Assembly (NCBI GenBank): GCA_963702425.1
Contig: CAVPCQ010000010.1
Location: forward strand, 32,001-96,000
Direction of reading: 5' to 3'
Length of the DNA stretch: 64,000 bases
Origin: an uncultured Acidobacteriota bacterium
GTDB taxonomy: Bacteria; Acidobacteriota; Polarisedimenticolia; J045
Part shown: one piece after another, positions 1 to 11,984 of the stretch
How the letters are laid out: the number at the start of each line of letters is the position of its first letter
Position numbering within the stretch: position 1 is the stretch's first letter
Position numbers and translations under genes: made by a program
Notes under the pieces: model-generated
The model's input: only the letters and a program-made list of their open reading frames with translations
The model's database searches: none
Told to the model about the DNA's origin: nothing

Positions 1-1
1 C

Positions 2-1434
<1,433 letters not shown>

Positions 1435-1435
<1 letters not shown>

Positions 1436-2007
1436 TGGCCGACCACTCCGTTCCGGCCGCGTCGGCCGCGCCCGAGGCTCCCGTGTTCTGGGGCTACGCC
1501 GCGGAGTTCGACTCGGTGACAGGGGTCGTGCACGCCGCGGAGAAGTGCCGCGACGAGGGCTTCACGCGCTGGGACGTGCTGACCCCGTTCCCGGTGCACG
1601 GGTTGAACGACGCGATGGGCCTGCGCAACACGCGCCTGCCGTGGTTCGTGTTCGCGATGGGCGCGACCGGCTGCCTGGCCGGGGTCCTGATGCAGTGGTG
1701 GATGAACGCCGTCGACTATCGGCTGATCGTCAGCGGCAAGCCGTTCTGGAGCCTGCCCGCAAACATCCCGGTCGCCTTCGAGCTGACCATCCTCTTCGCG
1801 GCGCTGTCGACCTTCTTCGGGATGTGGTTCTTGAACGGCCTGCCGAGGCACTACCACCCGACCTTCAACAGCCGCCGCCTGAAGCGCGCGACGACCGACC
1901 GCTTCTACGTCGTGGTCGAGGCGACCGACCCGCGCTTCGACCGGGCCCGGACCCGCGAGTTCCTGGAGTCGCTGGGTTCGACGCACGTCGAAGAGCTGGA
2001 GGACTGA
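1435..2007 (+). CDS. actD: ACIII subunit ActD (DUF3341)
   Basis: TGATG overlap with actC; TPFPVHGL, SGKPFWSLPANIPVAFELTILFAA motifs, two TM helices. Confidence 0.9.
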
Positions 2008-2011
2008 CCCC

Positions 2012-2656
2012 GTGCCGAGGTGGATCCTCTACACGATCGTGATCCTGGCGGTGGCGTCGCTGCTGCCGTTCGCGTTCATCGCGCGGGCGCGCGGCGCCAA
2101 GGCCGACCGCACCCGCCTGCGTCCGATCCAGAACATGGGCACCCAGCAGAAGTACCTGCCGCAGAGCGAGAACCCGCTGTTTGCCGACACCCGGGCGATG
2201 CGTCCCGCGATCGAGGGGACCGTCAAGCGCGGCGCGCCGATCGATGACGGGGCCTTTTCGACGGGGCGCGGCCCCGACGGGCGGTTCGTCGTCGAGTTTC
2301 CGGTCCCGGTGAACCGCGCGCTGCTGCTGCGCGGGCAGGAGCGCTACAACGTCTACTGCTCGCCCTGCCACGGGCTGTCCGGGTCGGGCGACGGGATCGT
2401 CGCCCGGCGCGCCGACGCGCTGCAGGAAGGGACCTGGGTCCCGCCGCTCAGCTACCACGTCGAACAGGTCCGCGGCCGCCCGGTGGGTCACATCTTCAAC
2501 ACGATCACGAACGGCATCCGCAACATGCCCGCCTACGGCAGCCAGGTGTCCGCCGCGGATCGCTGGGCGATCGTGGCCTACGTCCGCGCGCTGCAGCGCA
2601 GCCAGAACGCAACCGTCGCCGACGTCCCGCCCGACCTGCGCGCGGGCCTGCGCTGA
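2012..2656 (+). CDS. actE: ACIII monohaem cytochrome c ActE
   Basis: RGQERYNVYCSPCHG haem motif, GHIFNTITNGIRNMPAY, DRWAIVAYVRALQ; operon position. Confidence 0.9.
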   Translation: MPRWILYTIVILAVASLLPFAFIARARGAKADRTRLRPIQNMGTQQKYLPQSENPLFADTRAMRPAIEGTVKRGAPIDDGAFSTGRGPDGRFVVEFPVPVNRALLLRGQERYNVYCSPCHGLSGSGDGIVARRADALQEGTWVPPLSYHVEQVRGRPVGHIFNTITNGIRNMPAYGSQVSAADRWAIVAYVRALQRSQNATVADVPPDLRAGLR

Positions 2657-2667
2657 GCGGGGGAACG

Positions 2668-3885
2668 ATGAAGCACGCGTACGACCTGTCGAAGGACAAC
2701 GTCCAGTTCGGCGATCTCGGCCGGAAGTGGGGGACGCTCTCGCTCGTCGTGGGCGTCGTCGGCCTCGCCGCCGCGGCCGGGTTGGGGTTCGCCTCGGGTG
2801 ACGGCGGCAAGCGCTTCTTCTGGTCCTACCTCGTGGCCTTCGCCTACTTCCTGGCGCTGGGCCTCGGCGCGCTGGTCTGGGTGATGATCCAGCACATGAC
2901 CCGCTCCGGCTGGAGCGTCCTCCTGCGGCGGATCGCGGAAGGGATCGCCGGAGCGCTGCCGATGATGGCGCTGCTGTTCGTCCCGCTGGTCTTCGGCCTG
3001 GGCCAGGTCTACCACTGGGCCCACCCGGAGGCGGTCGCGCACGATCCGGTGCTGGCGAAGAAGGCGGTCTATCTCAACGTGCCGTTCTTCGTCGCGCGCT
3101 GGGTCGTCTACTTCGCGGTCTGGTGCGGCACCGCCTGGGCGCTCTACCGCGCGAGCAAGGCCCAGGACGCCTCGGGCGACCCGGGTCTGACGCTGCGGAT
3201 GCAGCGGATCTCTTACGCGATGATCGTACCCTTCGCGATCACGCTCACCTTCGCGTCCTTCGACCTGCTGATGTCGCTCGATCCGCACTGGTTCAGCTCG
3301 ATCTTCGGTGTCTACTTCTTCTCCGGCGCGATCTGGCTGTTCTTCGCAGTGCTGCCGATCGTGGTCTGGCGGCTGCAGGCGAACGGCCGGCTCGCCGGCG
3401 CGATCACACCGGACCTCTATCAGGAGATGGGCAAGCTGCTGTTCGCGTTCGGCGTCTTCTGGGCCTACATCGCGTTCTCGCAGTTCATGCTGATCTGGTA
3501 TGCGAACATCCCGGAAGAGACGAGCTGGTACCTCAAGCGCTGGAACGGCGGCTGGCCGCTGATCGGCCTGCTGCTGATCGTGGGCCACTTCCTTGCGCCG
3601 TTCCTCCTGATCATGTCGCGGGCGGCCAAGCGCAACCTCCGGATCCTGATCCCGGTCGCCTTCTGGGCTCTGCTGATGCAGTGGTTCGACTTCTATTACA
3701 TCGCGATGCCGGAGTACGAGCCGGGCAGCGGCAAGGTGCCGTTCTCGCTGCTGGACCTCGCGGCTTTCCTGGGCGTCGGCGGCCTGTTCTTCTGGATGGT
3801 CAGTCGCAACCTGGCCTCGGCGCCGCTGGTCCCGGTGGACGATCCCCGGCTCGCCGAGTCGCTGGTCTTCCAAGAAGGCGTCTGA
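2668..3885 (+). CDS. actF: ACIII membrane subunit ActF
   Basis: About 10 TM helices; MSLDPHWFSSIFG, FSQFMLIWYANIPEE motifs. Confidence 0.92.
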   Translation: MKHAYDLSKDNVQFGDLGRKWGTLSLVVGVVGLAAAAGLGFASGDGGKRFFWSYLVAFAYFLALGLGALVWVMIQHMTRSGWSVLLRRIAEGIAGALPMMALLFVPLVFGLGQVYHWAHPEAVAHDPVLAKKAVYLNVPFFVARWVVYFAVWCGTAWALYRASKAQDASGDPGLTLRMQRISYAMIVPFAITLTFASFDLLMSLDPHWFSSIFGVYFFSGAIWLFFAVLPIVVWRLQANGRLAGAITPDLYQEMGKLLFAFGVFWAYIAFSQFMLIWYANIPEETSWYLKRWNGGWPLIGLLLIVGHFLAPFLLIMSRAAKRNLRILIPVAFWALLMQWFDFYYIAMPEYEPGSGKVPFSLLDLAAFLGVGGLFFWMVSRNLASAPLVPVDDPRLAESLVFQEGV

Positions 3886-3896
3886 GGAGGACGGCG

Positions 3897-4229
3897 ATGG
3901 CGCGCACGGGCAACGAGGGAGATCCCAAGACCGGCCTGACCGCGACGATCGGGATCGTCGGGTCGCTGATCCTGATCCTGATCGTCGTCGCGCTCCAGGC
4001 GCTGTTCTACCACGTCGAGGACGACATCTACTCGGAGATCTACGCCGAGCCGAACCTCGACGTGAGGATGGTGAAGGCCCAGCAGCTGGAAGTGCTCAAC
4101 AGCTACGGCTGGGTGGACCGGGAGAAGGGCGTGGTGCGCATCCCGATCGACCGGGCGATCGAGATGGTCATCGCCGAGCCGTCCGGCCGCGCCGCGGCGC
4201 CGGGCGAGGGGACCGCGACAACCCCATGA
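3897..4229 (+). CDS. actG: ACIII small subunit ActG-like single-TM protein
   Basis: GAGGAGG RBS then ATG at 3897; one TM helix, then LNSYGWVDREKGVVRIPIDRAIE typical of ActG. Confidence 0.8.
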   Translation: MARTGNEGDPKTGLTATIGIVGSLILILIVVALQALFYHVEDDIYSEIYAEPNLDVRMVKAQQLEVLNSYGWVDREKGVVRIPIDRAIEMVIAEPSGRAAAPGEGTATTP

Positions 4230-5092
4230 CCGGACCGAGATCGTTGCTCTGCGTCGTGCTGGCGGCGGCCGGCGTACTGGTCCTGGCCGCGGCCTCGCTT
4301 CCGGACCCGCGGGCGGACAGCGCCCAGCCGCTCCCCGCCGAGCTGGAGGGGGTCGGCGTCACGGAGCGGCTGGAACAGCAGCTGCCGCTCGACCTGCCGT
4401 TCACGGACGACGACGGCCGGCCGGTCAAGCTGGGCAACTACTTCCAGGCCGGGCGGCCGGTGCTGCTCGACATCGGCTACTACCGCTGCCCGATGCTCTG
4501 CAACTTGGTGCTCAACGGTTTCATCGAGGGGCTGCGGGAGGTCCCGAGCTGGGTCCCGGGGGACAACTTCGAGGTCGTGGTGGTCTCGGTCGACCCGCTC
4601 GAGACGGCCAAGCTGGCCAAGCTCAAGAAGCAGAACTACATCCGCGAGTACGGGCGGCCCGAGTCGGCGTCGGGCTGGCACTTCCTGACCGGCAGCGCCG
4701 AGAGCATCGCGGCGCTCACCGACGCGGTCGGCTTCCGCTACCAGTATCTCGAGGATCGCAACGAGTACTCCCACGCCGCGGTCCTGATGGCGCTGACGCC
4801 GGAGGGCAAGGTCGCGCGCTACCTGTACGGGGTCACGTTCGATCCACGGACGATCCGGCTCTCCCTGGCCGAAGCCTCGGAGGGGCGATCGCTCTCCGCG
4901 CTCGACCAGTTGCTGCTCTACTGCTACCGCTACGATCCGAGCTCGAGAAGCTACTCCTTTGCCGCGATCAAGATCATGCGCGCCGGCGGGGTCCTGGCGC
5001 TGATCGTGCTCGGCGCGACCCTGACCTCGCTCTGGATGCGCGAGAGCCGCCGCCGCCGGGCTGCGACCGTCACCGCGGAAGGCCACCCATGA
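4226..5092 (+). CDS. SCO family copper chaperone
   Basis: YYRCPMLC (CxxxC), WHFLTG, EYSH; C-terminal TM; directly precedes coxB. Confidence 0.9.
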   Translation: MTGPRSLLCVVLAAAGVLVLAAASLPDPRADSAQPLPAELEGVGVTERLEQQLPLDLPFTDDDGRPVKLGNYFQAGRPVLLDIGYYRCPMLCNLVLNGFIEGLREVPSWVPGDNFEVVVVSVDPLETAKLAKLKKQNYIREYGRPESASGWHFLTGSAESIAALTDAVGFRYQYLEDRNEYSHAAVLMALTPEGKVARYLYGVTFDPRTIRLSLAEASEGRSLSALDQLLLYCYRYDPSSRSYSFAAIKIMRAGGVLALIVLGATLTSLWMRESRRRRAATVTAEGHP

Positions 5093-6078
5093 CCGGACTG
5101 CTCGCCGTGCTCGCTCCGCTCGCCAGCGCCAACCCGCCCACCACCACCTCCGGCGACTTCTGGATGCCGGTGCGGGGATCCGCCAACGCAGCGGCCGTGG
5201 ACTGGCTGTTCTACTTCATCTACTACATCTCGCTGTTCTTCTTCGCCCTGATCATCGGCCTGATGGCGTACTTCATCTTCAAGTACCGTCAGCGCTCGCC
5301 CGACCAGCTCGGAGAGGGGCCGACGCACAATACTCCGCTCGAGATCGTCTGGACCGTCATCCCGCTGGTGCTCGTCATCGCGATCTTCTGGATCGGCTTC
5401 ACGGGCTACATGAAGGGCGCGATCGCGCCCGACAACGCCTACGAGATCCAGGTCGTCGGACAGAAGTGGAAGTGGATGTTCGGCTACCCGAACGGCTACA
5501 TCGACGAAAACCTGCACGTCCCGGTCGACACGCCGGTGCGCCTGGTGATCACCTCGGACGACGTGATCCACAGCCTCTTCATCCCGGCCTTCCGCCTGAA
5601 GAAGGACGCGGTGCCGGGCCGCTACACGAAGATGTGGTTCCGGGCGACCCAGACCGGCGAGTTCCAGATCTTCTGCGCCGAGTACTGCGGCACCAGCCAT
5701 TCCGACATGCTGGCCAGGACGATCGTCCACCCCCCCGGCGAGTTCGAGAAGTGGCTGGAGAACGCCTCCAACTTCCTCGACAAGATGTCGCCCGCCGAGG
5801 CCGGCGAGAAGCTGTTCAAGCAGCGCGGCTGTACCCAGTGCCACTCGATCGACGGTTCGCGGGTCATCGGCCCGACGCTGAAGGGCGTCTTCGGTCACGA
5901 CGTGGTGCTGTCCACCGGCCAGAAGGTGGTCGCCGACGAGGACTACCTGCGGAACTCGATCCTCAACCCGCAGGCCCAGGTCGTCGCCGGTTTCGACCCG
6001 GTCATGCCGACCTACCAGGGACGACTCAAGGACCGCGAGATCTCCGCGGTCATCGAATACATCAAGACGCTGAAGTAG
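5089..6078 (+). CDS. coxB: Cytochrome c oxidase subunit II with fused cytochrome c (caa3 type)
   Basis: DVIHS and [12 protein letters not shown] CuA ligands; C-terminal CTQCH haem c motif. Confidence 0.96.
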   Translation: MTGLLAVLAPLASANPPTTTSGDFWMPVRGSANAAAVDWLFYFIYYISLFFFALIIGLMAYFIFKYRQRSPDQLGEGPTHNTPLEIVWTVIPLVLVIAIFWIGFTGYMKGAIAPDNAYEIQVVGQKWKWMFGYPNGYIDENLHVPVDTPVRLVITSDDVIHSLFIPAFRLKKDAVPGRYTKMWFRATQTGEFQIFCAEYCGTSHSDMLARTIVHPPGEFEKWLENASNFLDKMSPAEAGEKLFKQRGCTQCHSIDGSRVIGPTLKGVFGHDVVLSTGQKVVADEDYLRNSILNPQAQVVAGFDPVMPTYQGRLKDREISAVIEYIKTLK

Positions 6079-6094
6079 GAAGAGGGGCGACACC

Positions 6095-7759
6095 ATGGCG
6101 ACGATCGACCACACGATGCCCGGAGTGGCCCGGCCCGGGCCGACGGAGCCGGCGAACTACCTGAACGCCAGCCACGGCCTGCTGTCGTGGGTCACGACGC
6201 TCGACCACAAGCGGATCGGCGTGCTCTACCTGATCTCCACCCTGACCGCGTTCTTCCTCGGGGGGGTCTTCGCCCTGCTGGTCCGGACCGAACTGCTGAC
6301 GCCCACGCAGACGATCATGGGCCCCGACACCTACAACAAGATGTTCACGCTGCACGGCGCGGTGATGGTCTTCCTGTTCATCATCCCCTCGATCCCCGGG
6401 GCGCTCGGCAACTTCGTGCTGCCGATCATGCTGGGCGCCAAGGACGTTGCCTTTCCGCGGCTGAACCTCCTGAGCTGGTACCTCTACATCATCGGCGCGC
6501 TCTGGGCCGTGGCCTCGATCATCATGGGCGGCGTCGACACCGGCTGGACCTTCTACACGCCCTACAGCACGACCACCAACACCGCCGTCATCTCGATGAC
6601 CTTCGGGGTGTTCATCCTGGGCTTCAGTTCGATCCTCACCGGCGTCAACTTCATCACGACGATCCACAAGCTGCGGCCGGTCGAGATGGGCTGGTTCAAG
6701 ATGCCGCTCATGCTGTGGGCGCTGTACTCGACCGCGGTGATCCAGGTCCTCGCCACGCCGGTACTCGGCGTCACGATGCTGCTCCTGATCGCCGAGCGCG
6801 CGCTGGGGATCGGGATCTTCGACCCCGCCCTGGGCGGCGACCCGATCCTCTACCAGCATTTCTTCTGGTTCTACTCCCATCCGGCCGTCTACATCATGAT
6901 CCTGCCGGCGATGGGGATCATCTCGGAGATCATTCCGGTCTTCTCCCGCAAGCACATTTTCGGCTACCGGTTCATCGCCTACTCTTCGGTGGCGATCGCG
7001 ATCTTCGGCTTCCTGGTCTGGGCGCACCACATGTTCACCTCCGGGATGTCGCCGATGGCGACGATGATCTTCTCGGCGCTGACCTTCAGCGTCGCGATCC
7101 CGTCGGCGGTCAAGGTCTTCAACTGGCTCGCGACGATGTACCGCGGCTCGATCGAGTTGAAGACGCCGATGCTGTGGGCGCTGGGGTTCATCTTCGTGTT
7201 CGGGATCGGCGGGCTGACGGGGCTCTTCCTCGGCGCCCTGACGACCGACGTCCATCTGCACGACACGTACTTCATCGTCGCCCACTTCCACTACGTGATG
7301 ATGGGGGGGTCGGTTTTCGCGCTGATCGGCGGCCTGTTCTTCTGGTGGCCGAAGATGTTCGGGCGGATGGTCGACGAGCGCTGGGGGCAGATCGGCTTCT
7401 GGCTGTCCTTCGTGGGGTTCAACGTCACCTTCTTCACCCAGTTCGTGCTGGGCAGCCGCGGGATGCCGCGGCGCTACTACAACTACCTGCCGGAGTTCCA
7501 GCTGCTGCACCAGCTCTCCTCGATCGGTTCGTACGTGCTGGGCCTGGGGCTGCTGATCGCGGCGATCGCGCTGCTGCACGCGCTCTTCGCCGGTCGCCGC
7601 GCGCCGGACAACCCGTGGGGCGCGGGCTCGCTCGAGTGGTTCACCAGCTCGCCGCCGCCGACGGACAACTTCTCGGTCGAGCCGGTGGTTCGCGACCCCT
7701 ACGACTACACCGACCTGGCCTGGGACCGGACCATCCAGGGCTACGTGAAGAAGGGCTGA
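6095..7759 (+). CDS. coxA: Cytochrome c oxidase subunit I, A2 type
   Basis: [10 protein letters not shown] (YS, A2 signature), [25 protein letters not shown]. Confidence 0.97.
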   Translation: MATIDHTMPGVARPGPTEPANYLNASHGLLSWVTTLDHKRIGVLYLISTLTAFFLGGVFALLVRTELLTPTQTIMGPDTYNKMFTLHGAVMVFLFIIPSIPGALGNFVLPIMLGAKDVAFPRLNLLSWYLYIIGALWAVASIIMGGVDTGWTFYTPYSTTTNTAVISMTFGVFILGFSSILTGVNFITTIHKLRPVEMGWFKMPLMLWALYSTAVIQVLATPVLGVTMLLLIAERALGIGIFDPALGGDPILYQHFFWFYSHPAVYIMILPAMGIISEIIPVFSRKHIFGYRFIAYSSVAIAIFGFLVWAHHMFTSGMSPMATMIFSALTFSVAIPSAVKVFNWLATMYRGSIELKTPMLWALGFIFVFGIGGLTGLFLGALTTDVHLHDTYFIVAHFHYVMMGGSVFALIGGLFFWWPKMFGRMVDERWGQIGFWLSFVGFNVTFFTQFVLGSRGMPRRYYNYLPEFQLLHQLSSIGSYVLGLGLLIAAIALLHALFAGRRAPDNPWGAGSLEWFTSSPPPTDNFSVEPVVRDPYDYTDLAWDRTIQGYVKKG

Positions 7760-7763
7760 CGCG

Positions 7764-8739
7764 ATGAGCCACGCCGCCGACGCGCACGATCAACACGCGC
7801 ACCCGCCCAACCTCGCCCACCACTTCGAGTCGCCCGAGCAGCAGGTGGCGTCGGGCAAGCTGGGGATGTGGATCTTCCTGGCGACCGAGATCCTGCTGTT
7901 CGGCGGGCTGTTCTGCGCCTACGCGATCTACCGCTCCCTGCACCCCGAGATCTTCGACTACGCGCACCTCTACCTGAGCAAGGAACTGGGCGGGATCAAC
8001 ACGATCGTGCTCCTGACGTCGTCGCTGACGATGGCGTGGGGGGTTCGTGCGGCGCAGCTAGGGCAGCGCAGGATCCTGGTCTGGATGCTCAGCCTGACGC
8101 TCGTCTTCGCGGTCACCTTCCTCGGGATCAAGTACGTCGAGTACAAAGCCAAATGGGAGGAGGGGCTGCTCCCCGGGAAGCGCTTCGCCCCGACCGCCCC
8201 GCCGCACACCAACCACGGCACGGCGGCCGAGCCGGGCCACCACGACCTGCAGGAGAAGGTGCTTCCGATGATGCCGGGGGCCATCGTCGCCCCGCCCGTC
8301 GCCGCCCCGACGACGGCGGCACCCGCGCCGAACGGGACGTCGCCGGGCCTGGTGCCCGTGGCTCCCGTTCCACAGGGAGCGGCGCCGGCCGCCGCCGCTG
8401 TCCCCGGACCGAAACCCGGCGACGAAAGCTCGCTGATCAAGCCGGCGGCCGTCGGCCCGCCGGGCCTGTCCGCCGGGGTCGTCGAGCCGCTCGGCACGGC
8501 GAAGAGACGCGGTGCCCAAGAACGTCCAGATCTTCTTCGGCATCTACTTCATGATGACCGGCCTGCACGCGGTGCACGTGATCGCCGGGATGGGGATCAT
8601 CGGCTGGCTGCTGAAGCGCTCGTTGCGCGGCGATTTCAGCCCGCAGTATTTCGCGCCGGTCGACCTGGGGGGCCTCTACTGGCACCTCGTCGACCTGATC
8701 TGGATCTTCCTCTTCCCGCTGATGTACCTGATCCACTGA
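7764..8739 (+). CDS. coxC: Cytochrome c oxidase subunit III with internal Pro/Ala/His-rich insert; apparent frameshift near 8480-8510
   Basis: [19 protein letters not shown] in the 7764 frame; [16 protein letters not shown] and [16 protein letters not shown] in the 8512 frame. Confidence 0.88.
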
Positions 8740-8752
8740 GTCGGAGACGACG

Positions 8753-9115
8753 ATGCACACCAAGGGCCACCACGCGCACGGCGGCGAGTCGATCGGCGGC
8801 GTTCACGTCATGCCGGTCTCGGTGCTGGTCGGGATCTGGGTCGTGCTGATCGTCCTGACGGTCGTCACGGTGGGTGTGACCTTCTTCGACCTGGGGCCGT
8901 TCAACCTCGCGGTCGCGCTCGGCGTGGCGCTGGTCAAGGCCTCGCTGGTCGCGCTCTTCTACATGCACCTCAAGTACGACCACCCGTTCAACGGGTTCAT
9001 CCTGGTCGTGTCCTTCGCCTTCGTCGCGCTGTTCATCGGGATCACACTGCTGGACGCCAAGCAGTACCAGCCGGACATGATCCCGGGCTACGCGCCCGGG
9101 ATGCAGAAGAAGTAG
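8753..9115 (+). CDS. Cytochrome c oxidase subunit IV (caa3-type, CtaF-like)
   Basis: Three TM helices; ALVKASLVALFYMHLKYD motif. Confidence 0.88.
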   Translation: MHTKGHHAHGGESIGGVHVMPVSVLVGIWVVLIVLTVVTVGVTFFDLGPFNLAVALGVALVKASLVALFYMHLKYDHPFNGFILVVSFAFVALFIGITLLDAKQYQPDMIPGYAPGMQKK

Positions 9116-9119
9116 CGCG

Positions 9120-9724
9120 TTGGCCGCCGCGACGCCGGGCGGCGGCATCGACCGCCGGGCCACGCGGGAATCTCCCGCGCCCCCGGAAGCGGGGCGCTGG
9201 CGCTGAACCTCTTTCTGATGGCGCTCGGGATGTTCTTCGCGGCGAGCGTCGTCGGCTTCCTGCTGATCCGCGCGCGGCAGCCGGAGTGGCCGCCTGCCGG
9301 CTCGCCGCCTCTGCCCGGCGGCCTCTGGCTGGCGACGGCCGTGCTGGTCGCCGGGAGCGTCGCGGCCCAGCTTGGCCTGGGTGCGATCCGGAAGGGGAGC
9401 CAGCGGGGGCTCCGGATCGGCGTCACGGCGACCCTCGCGCTGACGATCCTGTTCCTGGCGGTACAGGCGATGAACTGGAGCGAGCTGGCAAGCGAGGGGC
9501 TCACCCCGGGCCGGAACCTCTTCGGTTTCGCGTTCTACATGCTGACCGGCCTGCACGCCGCACACGTGGTCGGGGGCCTCGTGGTACTCGTGCTCGTGGG
9601 GTCGAAGGCGTTTCGCGGCGGCTACTCGGCGGGATATCATCCCGGGGTGCGTTCGGCGGCGGTCTACACCCACTTCCTGACCGCAGTCTGGATCGTCATG
9701 TTCGGGATCGTGTTCCTGACCTGA
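9120..9724 (+). CDS. Second cytochrome oxidase subunit III-like protein; probable TTG start at 9120 with a frameshift near 9197 (ORF track start 9218)
   Basis: FYMLTGLHAAHVVGG and YTHFLTAVW COX3-type motifs; upstream codons read (GR)LALNLFLMALGMFFAAS if one base is restored. Confidence 0.8.
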
Positions 9725-9731
9725 GGCGCCG

Positions 9732-11277
9732 ATGTCCCTGCCCAGCATCATCGTGACCGGCGCGTCCGGATTCGTCGGACGGTTCCTGCTCGAGTCGCTC
9801 AAGGAAGAATTCCAGATCTACGGGATCGCGCGCCGCTCCCAGGCGCGCTCCGGCGCCCCGGTCCATCCCAACATCAAGTGGTACCAGGTGGACATCGGGG
9901 ACGTCGCCCCGCTGCGCGCCGTGTTCCACCGGATCCGAGACAAGGGGGGCGCTGACACGGTCATCCACCTCGCCGCCCACTACGACTTCACCGGCGAGGA
10001 GCACCCGGAATACGTCCGCACCAACATCGAGGGTCACCGCAACCTGCTCGAGTGCTGCAGGGAAGCCCGGATCCGGCACCTCGTCTTCTCCAGTTCGGTC
10101 GCGGCGAGCAGGCTCCCGCCGCGCGGCGAGGTCCTGGACGAGACGAGCGCGCCCGACGGCGAGCACATCTACGCCCGGACCAAGCGGATCGGCGAGGAGA
10201 TGCTCGAGCAGTACCGCCACGAGTTCAAGTCGGTCATCGTCCGCTTCGCGGCGATGTTCTCCGGCTGGTGCGAGTACCCGCCGCTGTTCATGTTCCTCAA
10301 GACCTGGCTCTCCGACGCGTGGAACGCTCGCGTGCTGGGCGGGCGCGGGGAGACGTCGATCCCGTTCCTGCACGTGCGCGACGCGGTCTTCCTGCTGCGG
10401 CGGGTGATCGACCGGCTGCCCGAGTTCGAACAGGGAGAGGTCCTCGTGGCCAGCCCCGACGGGGCGACCTCGCACGCCGACCTGTTCCGTGCCGCCACCC
10501 GCGCGTACTTCGGCAAGGCCCGGACGCCGATCTTCATGCCGAAGCTCCTGTGTGGCCCCGGGATGTGGGTGATGGACGGCGTCGGGCGCCTCACCGGCGA
10601 GCGACCGTTCGAGCGGCCGTGGATGGCGCGCTACATCGACACCGAGATGACGATCGACTCGTCCCGGACCCGGCTGCGCCTCGGCTGGGAACCGCGCCAG
10701 CGGCTGTCGATCGTGACCCGCATGCCGTTCCTGATCGAGAACCTCAAGACCGATCCGGTCGAGTGGAACCGGCGCAACCGCGCGGCGATGAAGCAGGTCG
10801 AGGTGCGCGACAACCTCCGGATCTACTGGCTGCTGGTCAAGCACGGCGCGGAGATCCAGCGCGAGTTCTTCGACCGGATCTACGGGCCCGACGGGCAGGC
10901 GCGCTTTCCCGAGCTACCAGCACCTCGACACCGAAGAGCACCGCTGGGCGCTCCAGATGCTGCTGCGGCAGGTGCTCTCGGCGATTCGCACCGGGGACCG
11001 CTCGATCATCGCCGACTATTGCCGCGACCTCGCCGAGCGGCGCTACCACGAGGGGTTCAGCGTCGACGAGGTCTGCGGCGCGCTGCAGATGCTCAACCAG
11101 ATCGCGCTCAAGCAGCTGCGCAGGGAGAAGGAGACGGAGGGGATGTTCCGGCAGCTCCGCGAGCAGATCACGATGCCGCTGCGCTGGGGCTGCGACCAGG
11201 CGCAGGACCGCTTCGAGCAGCTCGAGGAGGGGCGCGTCCGGCGCGGCGAGCCGCGGCCGATGGTGCGGACCGACTAG
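9732..11277 (+). CDS. Extended SDR (NAD-dependent epimerase/dehydratase) fused to a C-terminal RsbRD_N/globin-like helical domain; frameshift near 10910
   Basis: TGASGFVG, HLAA, YARTK; the frame change joins it to the 10957-11277 ORF (RDLAERRYHEGFSVDEV). Confidence 0.78.
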
Positions 11278-11286
11278 CCCGATGCG

Positions 11287-11976
11287 CTATCCTTCCGGCA
11301 ACAGGTCCCGTCCGGGCCCCTTCGTCCCCACCAGGTGCAGCAGCGCGGCGAGCTGCCCGAGCAGGATGTCGATCCGCTCCGCGGGGCTGCGGCTGGCCAG
11401 GAACCGGTAGCGCTCGTCGGACTCGGACAGCAGCACGCTCCCGAGACTGAACAGCCAGCGCTCCTCGTCGGCGTGATCGGCGGCGAGCCGCGCCAGCTCC
11501 TGCGCCGGCGGGCCGATCATCTTCGCCAGCGTCAGCGTCGACTGGGCGAGCGCGTCCACTCCGGCGGCCTGCGCAGCGCGATCCCCGGCCCGCGCCGGAT
11601 CGTCCGTGTAGGGCTGCGGGCGCGCGAGGCGGTAGGGATGCGGCGACGGCAGCTCCTCCAGATGGACCCGCCGAATCCCCTGCACGACGATCTGGAACTC
11701 CCCGCCGGGCAGCGGCGCGCAGTGGACGACCTGCCCGAGCGTCGCGATCGGGTCGAACGCCGGAGCCCCCTCGTACTCCTCCGGCTGCCAGCCGGGCGTG
11801 AGACGGGGGATCGCGAGGAAGCGCTCGGCGGACGGGCACTTCAGCAGGTCGCGCACCAGCGCCCGGTAGCGCGGCTCGAAGATCCGGTAGGGAGCCGGTA
11901 CCCCGGGCAGAAAGACGTGCTCGGGGAGCGGAAAGAGCGGCACGCGCTCGGGGAGGTCCGGGTCGCCGGGGAGCAT
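11287..11976 (-). CDS. LON peptidase N-terminal substrate-binding domain protein (no ATPase or protease domain)
   Basis: VPLFPLPEHVFLPG..PYRIFEPRYRALV signature. Confidence 0.88.
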   Translation of the reverse strand: MLPGDPDLPERVPLFPLPEHVFLPGVPAPYRIFEPRYRALVRDLLKCPSAERFLAIPRLTPGWQPEEYEGAPAFDPIATLGQVVHCAPLPGGEFQIVVQGIRRVHLEELPSPHPYRLARPQPYTDDPARAGDRAAQAAGVDALAQSTLTLAKMIGPPAQELARLAADHADEERWLFSLGSVLLSESDERYRFLASRSPAERIDILLGQLAALLHLVGTKGPGRDLLPEG

Positions 11977-11984
11977 CGGCCCGA

